A DNA stretch of 64,000 nt from Sulfurimonas sp. (GCA_041662325.1 JBAZSU010000006.1:183161-247160); one strand, 5' to 3'; positions 46,486 through 56,410 are shown, numbered from the stretch's first letter. The notes: generated from the sequence alone by a model not told the origin. Made by a program: numbers and translations.

Positions 46486-47168
46486 AGGGGTTTCAACATA
46501 TAGCCGATCTCTTTAATCGTTACAATCAAATCAACGGGGAGTTTTTTGCGTAGCCGATAGACCATATTTCGCAGGGTATTCGGGGCAACGCTCCCTTCAT
46601 AGATACATTCTTCGATATATTCGGTCATTACGAGCATCGAGCGTTTGGCAAGGAGAATTTCAAGAAACAGATATTCGTTTTTGGTAAGTGGCTCTTCTGC
46701 TCCGTTGATGAGGAGCTGTTTGCGGATTGAGTCATAGACGATCTCTTCCGAAAGAGCAATTTTCAGTTTCCCTTTATGGCTCAGCCGCTCAACCGATTGT
46801 TTCAGCGATTTCATCAGATCGTTGAACTGGAGGGGTTTTTCGAGATAGCTGACGAGATTAAAACCGATGACGCCGAGGAGCTTTTCTTTTTCGGTGAAAC
46901 TGCTCGTGATAATAATCGGGATATCCGGATCGGTTTTGCGTATCTCCAGTGCGACGGCATATCCGTCGATGAAGGGCATCACATAATCGAGTATAACGAT
47001 ATGGATATTTTTTTTCTGAAACATTCTCAATGCATCGGCACCGTTGTCCGCTTCAAAAACATGGCCTGCAAAGAGAGAGAGTGTTTTAATGGTATTTTTA
47101 CGAGTCGATTCGTCATCCTCAGCATAAAGTATATTTAAAGTTTTTAATATCTCAGATGTAGACTGCAT
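46482..47168 (-). CDS. OmpR/PhoB-type response regulator
   Basis: 228 aa with a receiver (ILYAEDD .. VILDYVMPFIDG .. IIITSS .. YLEKP) and a winged-helix output domain (LTKNEYLFLEIL .. LRNMVYRLRKKL .. GYML). Confidence 0.85.
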   Translation of the reverse strand: MQSTSEILKTLNILYAEDDESTRKNTIKTLSLFAGHVFEADNGADALRMFQKKNIHIVILDYVMPFIDGYAVALEIRKTDPDIPIIITSSFTEKEKLLGVIGFNLVSYLEKPLQFNDLMKSLKQSVERLSHKGKLKIALSEEIVYDSIRKQLLINGAEEPLTKNEYLFLEILLAKRSMLVMTEYIEECIYEGSVAPNTLRNMVYRLRKKLPVDLIVTIKEIGYMLKPL

Positions 47169-47293
47169 ATCCGCTCCGTATAAATTTATGCGACATTATA
47201 AAGCTTTAACATCATTTCTACATCATATTCCAAAATCACTCAATAAATGTGACGCCAATATGATATGGATGTGATGGGGAAATGATTTGTCTT

Positions 47294-47325
47294 TTGTAAG
47301 ATTTGAGGTAGAAAGCATCTTACAA
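47294..47325 (+). promoter_or_regulatory. 9-bp inverted repeat abutting the Shine-Dalgarno of the giant gene
   Basis: ttgtaagat-N14-atcttacaa, immediately followed by GGAG (47326-47329) and the ATG at 47339. Confidence 0.4.
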
Positions 47326-47338
47326 GGAGTAGTTAATA

Positions 47339-50300
47339 ATGAATACTACTACACACCAACAAATCGCCTTTGTCCTCGACAATGTTGCCGATAACCAGAC
47401 CCTCGTTGCGGGAATCCCCTCCGAAACCCCCGTTTATGTACTAAAGAGCAGCGGCGACGTCCTCGCGCAAATGGCAACGATTACGTCCGGTTATTCGAAT
47501 CTAGACGCAATCCATCTCTACTCCCATGGTTCCGACGGAGCCCTCAATCTCGGTTCTATAACGCTCGATAGTTCAAATCTAAACAATCATGCCACCATTT
47601 TAGCACAAATCGGTTCATCACTCAGCCAAAGCGGTGACATATTGCTTTATGGGTGTAACGTTGCAGAGGGGCAAGCAGGAGTTGAATTTATCTCGAAACT
47701 CTCTCAAGTTACGGGGGCAGATATCGCCGCATCGGATGATTTGAGCGGAGCCAGTGATAAAGGCGGGGATTGGGTGCTGGAGGCGCATACTGGAAGCGTA
47801 GAAGCTCAAGCGATAAGTGCAAATGAATTTGAATGGGTATTGGCACCTAGCGGTAGCCCGGTTTACGATTTTGAAGGTCTCGCAACGCAAGTTGATACTA
47901 ACGAAGTCACTTTTGCAGCGAATGGTCATACACTAGATACAAGCTCATCAAACGGAACCGTAACCAATATAGGTCACTATTTAGACGCAAGAACATCCGC
48001 TACAGGAACAATACATTTGCATTTTACGGATGGTGCAACATTTGATGCTTCGTCAATTAAGCTTGAAAAATTCAATGATGAAGATAGTGTCAATCTGATG
48101 ATAACTTCAAATCTAACGAATAGAGCTAACTTAAATTGGATGAATGATGCTTCAAGCAACCAAGAAAAGTATGTTTGGAACACTGCATTATCTGGATCCA
48201 GCTTTGCAACTATCGATTTAAGTATGTTTGTAGGGGCAACCGATCTTTATATCGAAGGTTGGAGTGGAGGTGCGATTTCTGGTTTATATCTCGATGATTT
48301 TACGGTGGATTTTCCTGTGACAAATGCTGCACCGGTCATTACCAACCTCAACGGCGATAGCGTTTCGATTGCACCAGGCGAAGTCGGTATAATCGATGCC
48401 GATCAAATGCCTAACGATGCGTGGGTTACGGACAGCGATTCTGCAAACTTTAATAACGGTTATTTATTAATCCATCAGGCGACGGGTACTACGGACGGTA
48501 ATTTTAGTGCTATTGACTCTGTCGTATTGTTCAATGCGTCAGGTGCAGGTTTAGACGGCAACTCTACCCCCGTCTCTGCCAGCGGAACTCCTGCACATGG
48601 AAACGATGTATATGTAATGACGATGGCTGGCTGGGTAAAAATTGGTGTGGTGGATGGGTTTGATCAGTTAGATGGTCAAAACGGTGCTGATTTGCGTATT
48701 GGTTTAAACGCTGGTGCTACGCCGAATTGTATAAGTGCAATTCTTGAAACCCTTCAATATAGCTCTAATACCGCTGGAACAAGAACCTTTGAGGCTACGG
48801 TTAGCGATAATGGTACCGACTTGTCAAATGTAGCTACTTTTACCGTTGTTGTTGGAACACCTAATACAGCCCCCGTCATCACTGGCCTCGATGGCGATAC
48901 ATTTGCCTTATCCTCTAGCGGTATTTATATGGATGTAACTCAGAATGCCACCGTTTCCGACTATGAACTGGACGATGAGGCAGGCAACAACGACTATACG
49001 AGTGACTGGACAGGTGCTATCCTCACTGTAGAGCGTGTCGGCGGTGCTGTGGCAAGCGATGTTATCACTATTGCACCTGCGACTGTTGCTGTAAATGAAA
49101 TTACGCATAAACTCTCTTATAGCGGACATGTTGTCGGCACTTATACCAGCATTAACGGCACGCTGACAGTGAACTTCACAGGTGAAAATGGCGGAATCCC
49201 CGATAACGATGTCGTTCAGCAAATTATCAACGGCGTTTATTATGAAAATGCCAAACCTTATGGTTCTGACAATTTGCGTTTTACGCTGAGTGATGGTCAA
49301 GGCGGCAGTACAACGGCGGATGTAACGGTCACTTCCGAGAAAGTGTATATCGATAACACCACCGATACCACCACCATCAACAAAACCGACAAAGTGAGTT
49401 TCAGCGAAGCAATCGCAATAGCGGCACCGGATGGTATAATCAGTAACAAACTTTATCTCGATAGCAGCTTAGATGGGCAAACGGTTTCCATGTCTGCCGC
49501 TACCACACTGGATGAATCATTGACGCTCTATAACTACGCCGATAGCACCACTGTGAGTGGGGGAACGCTGTCGATTAGTAACAACAAATATCTTTCCTTT
49601 AGCGACAACCATGTCGATAAAATCCTGAATTTCAACGGTGTGCTTACCGGCGCAGGCGGTATTATCAACGGAGGCAATGGCACGGTACAACTCGGCGGTA
49701 CAAACACCTACAGCGGAGGCACATCTCTTTTCTCCGGTACGCTAGAGATTGCCGGGCAGTCCAACATAGGTTCAGGCAATATAAACTTTGTTTCTACTTC
49801 TGACCAAACGCCTGCAACGCTATCTCTTACCAATACCGCTAATACCACCATCACTAGCGCTATTACTATAAATAATCTGAATGGCGGGGTCATACAGGTT
49901 GCGGGCGACAGCGGTGTCGCCACCATAATTAGCGGCGTAATTTCCGGCACCGCATCCGGCAATTTGACACTGCGAAGCGAAGGTGGCTCTGATAATTCAG
50001 TGATGCCAATCATCCAACTCTCCGGTACCAATACTTTTGACGGCAAAACTATTGTCGATATGGCGCACACTAATTCACAGAACATGGGTTATGTCATGAT
50101 CGCCGGTGATAGCAATCTCGGTACGGGCGCACTGGAGTTGACTTCAGGTGGTCTGATTATTACGAATGACACCACCATCGACAATGCAGTCATCTTGAAG
50201 AACAGTAATCACGATTTGGTTATCGGTAGTGGAAAGTCCGTGGAGTTCTCAGGCGATATGAGTGGCGATACTAGTTTTTCTATCTATTCAGATGGCACTG

Positions 50301-53300
50301 ATTCGCAAGTTATTTTCAGCGGCACCAATACCAATGCCGGAGGGGTGTCTGTCAGTGAAAATGCTACATTGACTCTCTCTAGCACAACTAACAGCGCAAT
50401 TGCAGATACCGCTAATCTTGGGATTTTGTTGGGGACAGTCATTCTTAACCAAGACAGCGAAACCATCGGCAACCTGTATTCAAACGGTGGCAGCCTTGAA
50501 ATCGGTAGCAACACACTGACAGTGAGTGGCAGCTGTGATAGTATTTTTGATGTCAGTTTGGTTGGTAGCGGTAATCTAGTCATTCAAGGCAACTCAAATC
50601 ATACCTTTACCGTGAACTCAAATGCAGCTTCGATGAGCAATTTCAGCGGTACGACAACCGTGAACAACCACGGAGATCTTCTTCTTGGATCCGGTGGGAA
50701 TCTCAGTGGTGCTATCATAGTCGATGACACTGGACTTTTGACCGGTGATGGTACGGCATTGGGTTTGGTTACGGTTAAAAGCGGCGGTACGCTGGGAGCT
50801 GGTAATATAAGTGGTTATGCTACCTCGGTTGCAGATATCGACTTCAATGGCGGACTAACGGCGGAAGCTGGCTGTACGCTGGACTTCACCCTTAAGGGCG
50901 CAACAGCCGGCACACAGTACGACCAGTTTAAGGTAGTCGGTGCAGTAGATATATCGGGAACCACACTGACACTAGATGGAAACTACACACCTCAGTCCGG
51001 CAATGTCTTCACCATCGTTACCAATGATGGCAGTGACGCCGTCGTCGGTACTTTTAACGGACTAAGCGAAGGCGCTACGGTTACATTGAATGATGTTGGC
51101 ATGACCATTAGTTATATGGGTGGCGATGGTAATGATGTTACTCTGACAGCACCGGCAGCACCGGCTGCTCCGGAAATAGCAGTCAATTATTTCGGGACAG
51201 ATATCACAGATAGCGATAATACTCCTTCTGCTGATGACGGTACCGAATTCTTCGAGACGGATCTTGGTGAAACAACTACGAATAGATATATTATTGTTAA
51301 CAACGGCAATGCTGATCTCAACATCGGCGATATCACCATTACTGGCGCTCATGCTTCTGACTTTTCCGTAGTCTCTCTGACCATAGATGGTGTTGGCGTA
51401 ACTGTTGTACCATCTGGAGTAGAAGCTCGTCTTGAGATACTTTTTACGCCATCAGCCACCGGTAATCGTAGTGCTGAAATTTCTATCGCCAATAATGATA
51501 GCGATGAAAACCCATTCAACTTTTCAATTCAAGGTCTAGGGGTTGGAAGCGGCAATACAGTCCCTGTAAACACCATTTCTGAAAGTTATAGCACTAGCGA
51601 AGATACGGTTAAATCTATAACTGACCTTGCTGTTGCCGATGCGGATAACAACACACTTACTGTAACGCTAAGTGTAAATCACGGCACGCTTAACATGCCA
51701 ACCATTGATAACAACGAGAATATTACAGTTTTAGACGCTAATGGTCTGGATGGAAGCATTAGTTTTAGTGGTAGCGTAGATTCTATTAATGCAATGTTGG
51801 CGGATGGCGTAGATTATTATGCTGTAGCAAATGCTAACGGCGATAACGCCGCGACATTAACCATGACAACATCCGACGGCATAGCCGACGCTGTGGTTGA
51901 TAGCGCAGCAGTTAATATTACCATCATCAACGATGCACCGACCTTTAATCATTCATTTGGAACCTTTGCAGATGATTTTTCATACGGTCATTATTATGAC
52001 AATGCCGATGCTTACGCTGAAGCTTATGCCAGTGCTTTACAACCTGATGGCAAACTTGTGTCGGTTGGTTATGCAGAGATGGACGGAGGCGATCCTTATT
52101 TAGCAATAACTCGCACTCATCCTGACGGTACACTGGATGCGAGTTTTGGTGATGACGGTGAACTTGCACTCTCTGGTTATTACGGTGCTACATCAGTCGC
52201 AATACAGCCCGATGGTAATATTGTGATTGCCGGAATAGATGTTAATGGTCATGCCTTTGTTGCACGTTTTCATGAAGATGGTCGTGAAGATAATGGTTTT
52301 AACAATAGTGGATGGGTTAATGTTGCCAATGATACCGAACTTGATTCTCTATATGTGACACAAGTAGCGTTGCAATCCGATGGCAAGATTCTCGTCGCAG
52401 GTACCCAAAATCCTGAAAATGGAGATGGCGGTGATGTTGCACTGGTGCGCTACAACGCCGATGGAACTTTGGATACTGGCTTTGGAAGCAATGGTGTAGT
52501 GATTCAGGATATGGGTAGTAATAATGCTGACGATGCGGCAGCCATAGCTATTGATACCAATGGCAAGATTGTAATCGCCGGCAGTGTCGCAGGTGATTTC
52601 GCTGTCTCTCGCTTCAATGCCGATGGAACGCTCGATACTTCTTTTAACACTACAGGTATCAAAACAGTCGATTTTGGAACTGAAACCGGCGCAAATGGAT
52701 TGGCTATACAGTCGGATGGCAAAATTGTAGCTGTGGGTATATCCAATAATACTGCCGACGGCAATTATGATGTTGCATTGGCGCGTTTTAATACGGACGG
52801 TTCGTTAGATATTAATTTTGGAACCGGCGGCAAAGTTATACTTAGCCAGATTCACACGCTACTTGGTGATTTTGCTTTTGATGCGTCGGCTACAAACGGT
52901 GACGACATAGGCTACGGTGTGACACTGGATAAAGAGAGCAATATCTATGTCAGCGGACAATTCAGTTATATCGGAGAGAACTTCGCCGGAGATTCGATAA
53001 CTGCGAGCTTCATGGCAGTAGCCAAGTATAACAGCAGTGGTGTATTGGATGCAAACTTTTGCAATGGCGGTATTTATATGCCTGATTATGTCGCGAGTGG
53101 TAATTTGTACGATAGAGATAGTGCGTATGGGCAAAATATACTTGTCCAGCCGGATGGCAAAGTTGTCGTCACGGGCGGAGATAATTACTATGTCTCTTGG
53201 TCTGAAACATATTCTAATCAGTTCGAAGTAACACGCTTGGATAGCACAACAGGTGTGCCAGATTCTCAATTCGGTGATGCAAACGATACTGTGGAGAGAA

Positions 53301-55672
53301 CAAATACTACTGCTTTTGTAGAGGGCGGTGATGCGGTAACCATTGGCGGCTCCGGTTATTCGTATTTTCTTCCGACTATTTACGATGTAGAGCAAAATGC
53401 ACTAGATAATTACTCGGGCGGAACGCTCACGATTCTTAGAGACGGCGGTGCAAATAGTGAAGACCTTATTCGTTTTGATACTTCAAACTCTTCAGCGATG
53501 ACTACGGCTGGAATCACACTGGAAGGGACATCGGCTACAACCGGCAATATTAAGCACGCAGATCAAACATTTGCAACATTCGATACAAGTACTGAGGGAC
53601 AATTAGTTATCCATTTTACAAGTTCAGATGCTACTCAAGTACTCGTGGATGCCGTTACCGCTAGCATTTCTTACAAGGACACAAACAATATTAATCCTGG
53701 TTATGATGCAGGCGAAGTCAATCTCGCATGGACTTATAACGACGGAGATGATGAAGAAGTGGCTTCAACCACTTACATCAAAATCGAAGGGGCAAATGAT
53801 GGCGACATCAGCGGTACAGTTACTGTTTCCGGTACGCCGACAACCGGCTCTACACTCAGTGCAGCAGGACTTAATACCATCAAAGACCCAGATTTGGTTA
53901 CAGCAGATAATCCTAACGGCTATGTATCCGAAAATGACATGTCATTCCAATGGCAAGTTTACATCAACGGAAGTTGGGTTAATATTGACGGGGCTACTGA
54001 TTCGACTTTTGAGGTAACATCTAACGAAAATGGTAAACAAATTTATGTAGTAATAGGTTATGAAGACAGCACAAACGGCAACTATTCTGAATTGAATAGC
54101 AGTAGCACTTCAAACAGTGGAGGCGGTTCATCTGGTGGTGGAAGCACGGGAGGCGAAACAACGCCAACGCCAACACCAATTGTTCCGACACCAACGCCAA
54201 CGCCAACACCGGTTGTTCCGACACCAACGCCAACGCCAACGCCAACGCCAACGCCAACGCCAACACCGGTTGTTCCGACACCGACGCCAACAGTTATAGA
54301 TGGAGCGCAAGTACATACAGGGACGACTATAGAAACAAGAATAACTACCGATACAAACGGTCATACTACAACAACAACTGTAACAGCTGAACAATTCACA
54401 ATTCTACCGGTAAGTACAACACGAACAGACTCAACAGGAACAACAACTACTGCAGATATTCCACTATTCTGGGGCGAGAGTTCTAAAACAGAATGGGCGA
54501 CTACAGCCAATATTCCAACGGGAATCGGTTTAGTCTCCGAGGGTTCTCGCGCGCCGGTAGCAGAGCAAACGGTATCATCGGCATTGGGAGATTTACTCTA
54601 TTATATTGATACGACGACCCCAGGTACAGATCCGAGTAAATCAAATCAACTAGGAGGAGGGTCAAGCTTTCTCGATTTATTAAGCAATGTCTCCACCCTT
54701 ATCGTTAATAAAATAACTCTCACAGACGACAGCGGAATTGCTTCAACTACTCCCGTAACTATAAACGGAACTGCAAATTCGATTACAACTACAACCGGCA
54801 CTAGCGCTCCGGTCGAAGCAATCGTAATAGATTCTAGCACTCTTCCACATGGGAGCTATCTCAATCTTCAAAACATTGAGTTTGCAGTTCTTGTAGGCGA
54901 TGGTATCACTGTGAGAGGCGGAGCAGGCGCCAATATCTTCTTCTCAGGAGTAGGTTCTCAAAACATCGTTCTCGGAAAAGATGATGACCAACTCTACGCA
55001 GGCGCGGGAGATGATATTGTCGGCTCTGTGAGTGGTAACGATACGGTTCATGGCGAAATAGGGAATGACACTGTATTTGGAGGATCCGGCTGGGATACTT
55101 TATCAGGCGGAGAGGGAAGCGATACTCTCAACGGAGGACTTGGATATGACACGGCACTGCAAGAGGGAAGCAAATCAGATTACACCTTACAAATAGCAAA
55201 CGGAACTATTACTCTAACCAATACAACCAATAATAGTGTGGACACACTCAAAGATATGAATGAAATTCACTTTGAGAGTGGCGAAATTTTGTATGTTGCG
55301 AATAATGATGTACAGCAAAAGATGTTGTTGGCACTCGGACATGCTAAGGCAGAGATTTTGTATGTGCCTTTAGTGCAAACAATTGCAGGAACAGATGCAG
55401 ACAATACATATCAGTTATCTGATAATTTATACGGCTTAAGCGTAGATGCAAAAGGCGGAAACGATATTTTAAATGTTACCGGAAACTTTAACGACTTTAG
55501 AATTGAGCAAACGCAGACGGGAGTAGAAATCACATCTCTCATCAACGGAACCATGAACGAACTCAAAAACTTTGAATCAATTATTTTTAGTGACGGTAGC
55601 GATATTGTGATAATTGATAATCTGATTTCACTTGTCGGAAGCCATTATCCGATGGATGCGATTATAGGTTAA
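47339..55672 (+). CDS. Giant 2777-aa secreted repeat protein (DUF4347 N-domain, cadherin-like modules, PATR-type beta-strand repeats, choice-of-anchor-D-like module, delta-60 repeats, Thr-Pro linker, RTX nonapeptides); putative T1SS adhesin
   Basis: One uninterrupted ORF. The N terminus (..IAFVLDNV..LDAIHLYSHGSDGALNLGS..ILLYGCNVA..GADIAASDD..GGDWVLE) fits DUF4347. APVITNLNGDS / APVITGLDGDT module starts follow. GGTNTYSGGTSLFSGTLEI-type repeats end in ..MTISYMGGDGNDVTLT. Repeated ..DGKI(V/L)(V/I)AG..ALARFNADGTLDTSFG.. units are delta-60-like. (TP)n runs lie near residues 2274-2318, and GGxGxD-type repeats (GNDTVHGEIGNDTVFGGSGWDTLSGGEGSDTLNGGLGYD) lie near the C terminus. There is no N-terminal signal peptide. 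Confidence 0.85.
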   Translation: MNTTTHQQIAFVLDNVADNQTLVAGIPSETPVYVLKSSGDVLAQMATITSGYSNLDAIHLYSHGSDGALNLGSITLDSSNLNNHATILAQIGSSLSQSGDILLYGCNVAEGQAGVEFISKLSQVTGADIAASDDLSGASDKGGDWVLEAHTGSVEAQAISANEFEWVLAPSGSPVYDFEGLATQVDTNEVTFAANGHTLDTSSSNGTVTNIGHYLDARTSATGTIHLHFTDGATFDASSIKLEKFNDEDSVNLMITSNLTNRANLNWMNDASSNQEKYVWNTALSGSSFATIDLSMFVGATDLYIEGWSGGAISGLYLDDFTVDFPVTNAAPVITNLNGDSVSIAPGEVGIIDADQMPNDAWVTDSDSANFNNGYLLIHQATGTTDGNFSAIDSVVLFNASGAGLDGNSTPVSASGTPAHGNDVYVMTMAGWVKIGVVDGFDQLDGQNGADLRIGLNAGATPNCISAILETLQYSSNTAGTRTFEATVSDNGTDLSNVATFTVVVGTPNTAPVITGLDGDTFALSSSGIYMDVTQNATVSDYELDDEAGNNDYTSDWTGAILTVERVGGAVASDVITIAPATVAVNEITHKLSYSGHVVGTYTSINGTLTVNFTGENGGIPDNDVVQQIINGVYYENAKPYGSDNLRFTLSDGQGGSTTADVTVTSEKVYIDNTTDTTTINKTDKVSFSEAIAIAAPDGIISNKLYLDSSLDGQTVSMSAATTLDESLTLYNYADSTTVSGGTLSISNNKYLSFSDNHVDKILNFNGVLTGAGGIINGGNGTVQLGGTNTYSGGTSLFSGTLEIAGQSNIGSGNINFVSTSDQTPATLSLTNTANTTITSAITINNLNGGVIQVAGDSGVATIISGVISGTASGNLTLRSEGGSDNSVMPIIQLSGTNTFDGKTIVDMAHTNSQNMGYVMIAGDSNLGTGALELTSGGLIITNDTTIDNAVILKNSNHDLVIGSGKSVEFSGDMSGDTSFSIYSDGTDSQVIFSGTNTNAGGVSVSENATLTLSSTTNSAIADTANLGILLGTVILNQDSETIGNLYSNGGSLEIGSNTLTVSGSCDSIFDVSLVGSGNLVIQGNSNHTFTVNSNAASMSNFSGTTTVNNHGDLLLGSGGNLSGAIIVDDTGLLTGDGTALGLVTVKSGGTLGAGNISGYATSVADIDFNGGLTAEAGCTLDFTLKGATAGTQYDQFKVVGAVDISGTTLTLDGNYTPQSGNVFTIVTNDGSDAVVGTFNGLSEGATVTLNDVGMTISYMGGDGNDVTLTAPAAPAAPEIAVNYFGTDITDSDNTPSADDGTEFFETDLGETTTNRYIIVNNGNADLNIGDITITGAHASDFSVVSLTIDGVGVTVVPSGVEARLEILFTPSATGNRSAEISIANNDSDENPFNFSIQGLGVGSGNTVPVNTISESYSTSEDTVKSITDLAVADADNNTLTVTLSVNHGTLNMPTIDNNENITVLDANGLDGSISFSGSVDSINAMLADGVDYYAVANANGDNAATLTMTTSDGIADAVVDSAAVNITIINDAPTFNHSFGTFADDFSYGHYYDNADAYAEAYASALQPDGKLVSVGYAEMDGGDPYLAITRTHPDGTLDASFGDDGELALSGYYGATSVAIQPDGNIVIAGIDVNGHAFVARFHEDGREDNGFNNSGWVNVANDTELDSLYVTQVALQSDGKILVAGTQNPENGDGGDVALVRYNADGTLDTGFGSNGVVIQDMGSNNADDAAAIAIDTNGKIVIAGSVAGDFAVSRFNADGTLDTSFNTTGIKTVDFGTETGANGLAIQSDGKIVAVGISNNTADGNYDVALARFNTDGSLDINFGTGGKVILSQIHTLLGDFAFDASATNGDDIGYGVTLDKESNIYVSGQFSYIGENFAGDSITASFMAVAKYNSSGVLDANFCNGGIYMPDYVASGNLYDRDSAYGQNILVQPDGKVVVTGGDNYYVSWSETYSNQFEVTRLDSTTGVPDSQFGDANDTVERTNTTAFVEGGDAVTIGGSGYSYFLPTIYDVEQNALDNYSGGTLTILRDGGANSEDLIRFDTSNSSAMTTAGITLEGTSATTGNIKHADQTFATFDTSTEGQLVIHFTSSDATQVLVDAVTASISYKDTNNINPGYDAGEVNLAWTYNDGDDEEVASTTYIKIEGANDGDISGTVTVSGTPTTGSTLSAAGLNTIKDPDLVTADNPNGYVSENDMSFQWQVYINGSWVNIDGATDSTFEVTSNENGKQIYVVIGYEDSTNGNYSELNSSSTSNSGGGSSGGGSTGGETTPTPTPIVPTPTPTPTPVVPTPTPTPTPTPTPTPTPVVPTPTPTVIDGAQVHTGTTIETRITTDTNGHTTTTTVTAEQFTILPVSTTRTDSTGTTTTADIPLFWGESSKTEWATTANIPTGIGLVSEGSRAPVAEQTVSSALGDLLYYIDTTTPGTDPSKSNQLGGGSSFLDLLSNVSTLIVNKITLTDDSGIASTTPVTINGTANSITTTTGTSAPVEAIVIDSSTLPHGSYLNLQNIEFAVLVGDGITVRGGAGANIFFSGVGSQNIVLGKDDDQLYAGAGDDIVGSVSGNDTVHGEIGNDTVFGGSGWDTLSGGEGSDTLNGGLGYDTALQEGSKSDYTLQIANGTITLTNTTNNSVDTLKDMNEIHFESGEILYVANNDVQQKMLLALGHAKAEILYVPLVQTIAGTDADNTYQLSDNLYGLSVDAKGGNDILNVTGNFNDFRIEQTQTGVEITSLINGTMNELKNFESIIFSDGSDIVIIDNLISLVGSHYPMDAIIG
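54158..54292 (+). repeat. In-frame hexanucleotide (acgcca)n / Thr-Pro microsatellite with a nested ~40-nt repeat
   Basis: Runs of acgccaacgcca.. are interrupted by ccggttgttccgaca units and encode TPTPTPIVPTPTPTPTPVVPTPTPTPTPTPTPTPTPVVPTPTPT. Confidence 0.9.
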
Positions 55673-55726
55673 AATGGGTTCTGCCCCATATTATGAAAAC
55701 AAAATTAAGATAAAAAAAGGAAAAAT

Positions 55727-56362
55727 ATGAAGAACATGAAAATAGTTACATTCGCCATGGTTATTGCTTTAAACGCTGGATTAATCGCTTCAGAAACACA
55801 AACGGACTCAAATACACTCATCGATAAATTATATATTGGAGTGGATATTGGGAGTACGCAGTTAGAAACCAAAGTTACGAATAATGTAAATGTACCCACT
55901 TTAGCAAAAAGTAATTCTAGCAGTCTCAGTGATACAAGTAGCGGTTTTTCTCAAACACTGAAACTAGGATACATGTTTAATGCAAACAACCGTGCTATGG
56001 TATTTTATCAAAACAGTAGTGCCGAAGATGTAAAAGTTTCCATGTACGGTGTCGGGTACGATTATTTAATAGGTGAGAGTTCATTTCAGCCGTTTGTGGG
56101 AGTTTTTGCGGGACGCAGCAGTGTCAATGATTCTAAAAATAATTTAGATGCTTCTGCTATAAATTATGGTTCACAAGTTGGAGTAAGTTATATATTAAAT
56201 GCAAATATCTCTTTGGAAGCGGGTTACCGTTTTATGAAATCAAACATGGAACAATCTGCAACATATAGTGATACCGCCTATGGTTATCCGGCAACTTTAA
56301 AAGAAACAGCAAAAGTAGATACGCTTACGAATATGTTTGTAGGTGTAAATTATAGGTTTTAG
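55727..56362 (+). CDS. Small outer-membrane beta-barrel protein (8-strand OMP class)
   Basis: 211 aa with a signal peptide (..LNAGLIASE), alternating hydrophobic strands (LGYMFN, VGYDYLIG, VGVSYIL, EAGYRFM), and a C-terminal ..GVNYRF. Confidence 0.7.
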   Translation: MKNMKIVTFAMVIALNAGLIASETQTDSNTLIDKLYIGVDIGSTQLETKVTNNVNVPTLAKSNSSSLSDTSSGFSQTLKLGYMFNANNRAMVFYQNSSAEDVKVSMYGVGYDYLIGESSFQPFVGVFAGRSSVNDSKNNLDASAINYGSQVGVSYILNANISLEAGYRFMKSNMEQSATYSDTAYGYPATLKETAKVDTLTNMFVGVNYRF

Positions 56363-56399
56363 TATCTGACTTTACCCACTTTTTTAATAAAGTGCGTAA
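56360..56399 (-). repeat. Copy 3 (diverged, inverted) of the AT-rich palindromic element
   Basis: The reverse complement ttacgcactttattaaaaaagtgggtaaagtcagatacta shares ttac.cac-ttt..aaaa-tg.gtaaagtcag with copies at 9176 and 16359. It lies between convergent genes. Confidence 0.55.
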
Positions 56400-56410
56400 G
56401 GCTCTAAAAA

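Noticed and set aside
47618-53395. Numerous 60-180-aa ORFs on the minus strand within the giant gene
   Set aside because: They are embedded in one long, motif-rich plus-strand ORF, and no independent motifs or RBS were seen.
54021-54394. Antisense and alternative-frame ORFs rich in ALA/RQRQ/WRWR repeats
   Set aside because: They are artefacts of translating the (acgcca)n Thr-Pro microsatellite of the giant gene in other frames.
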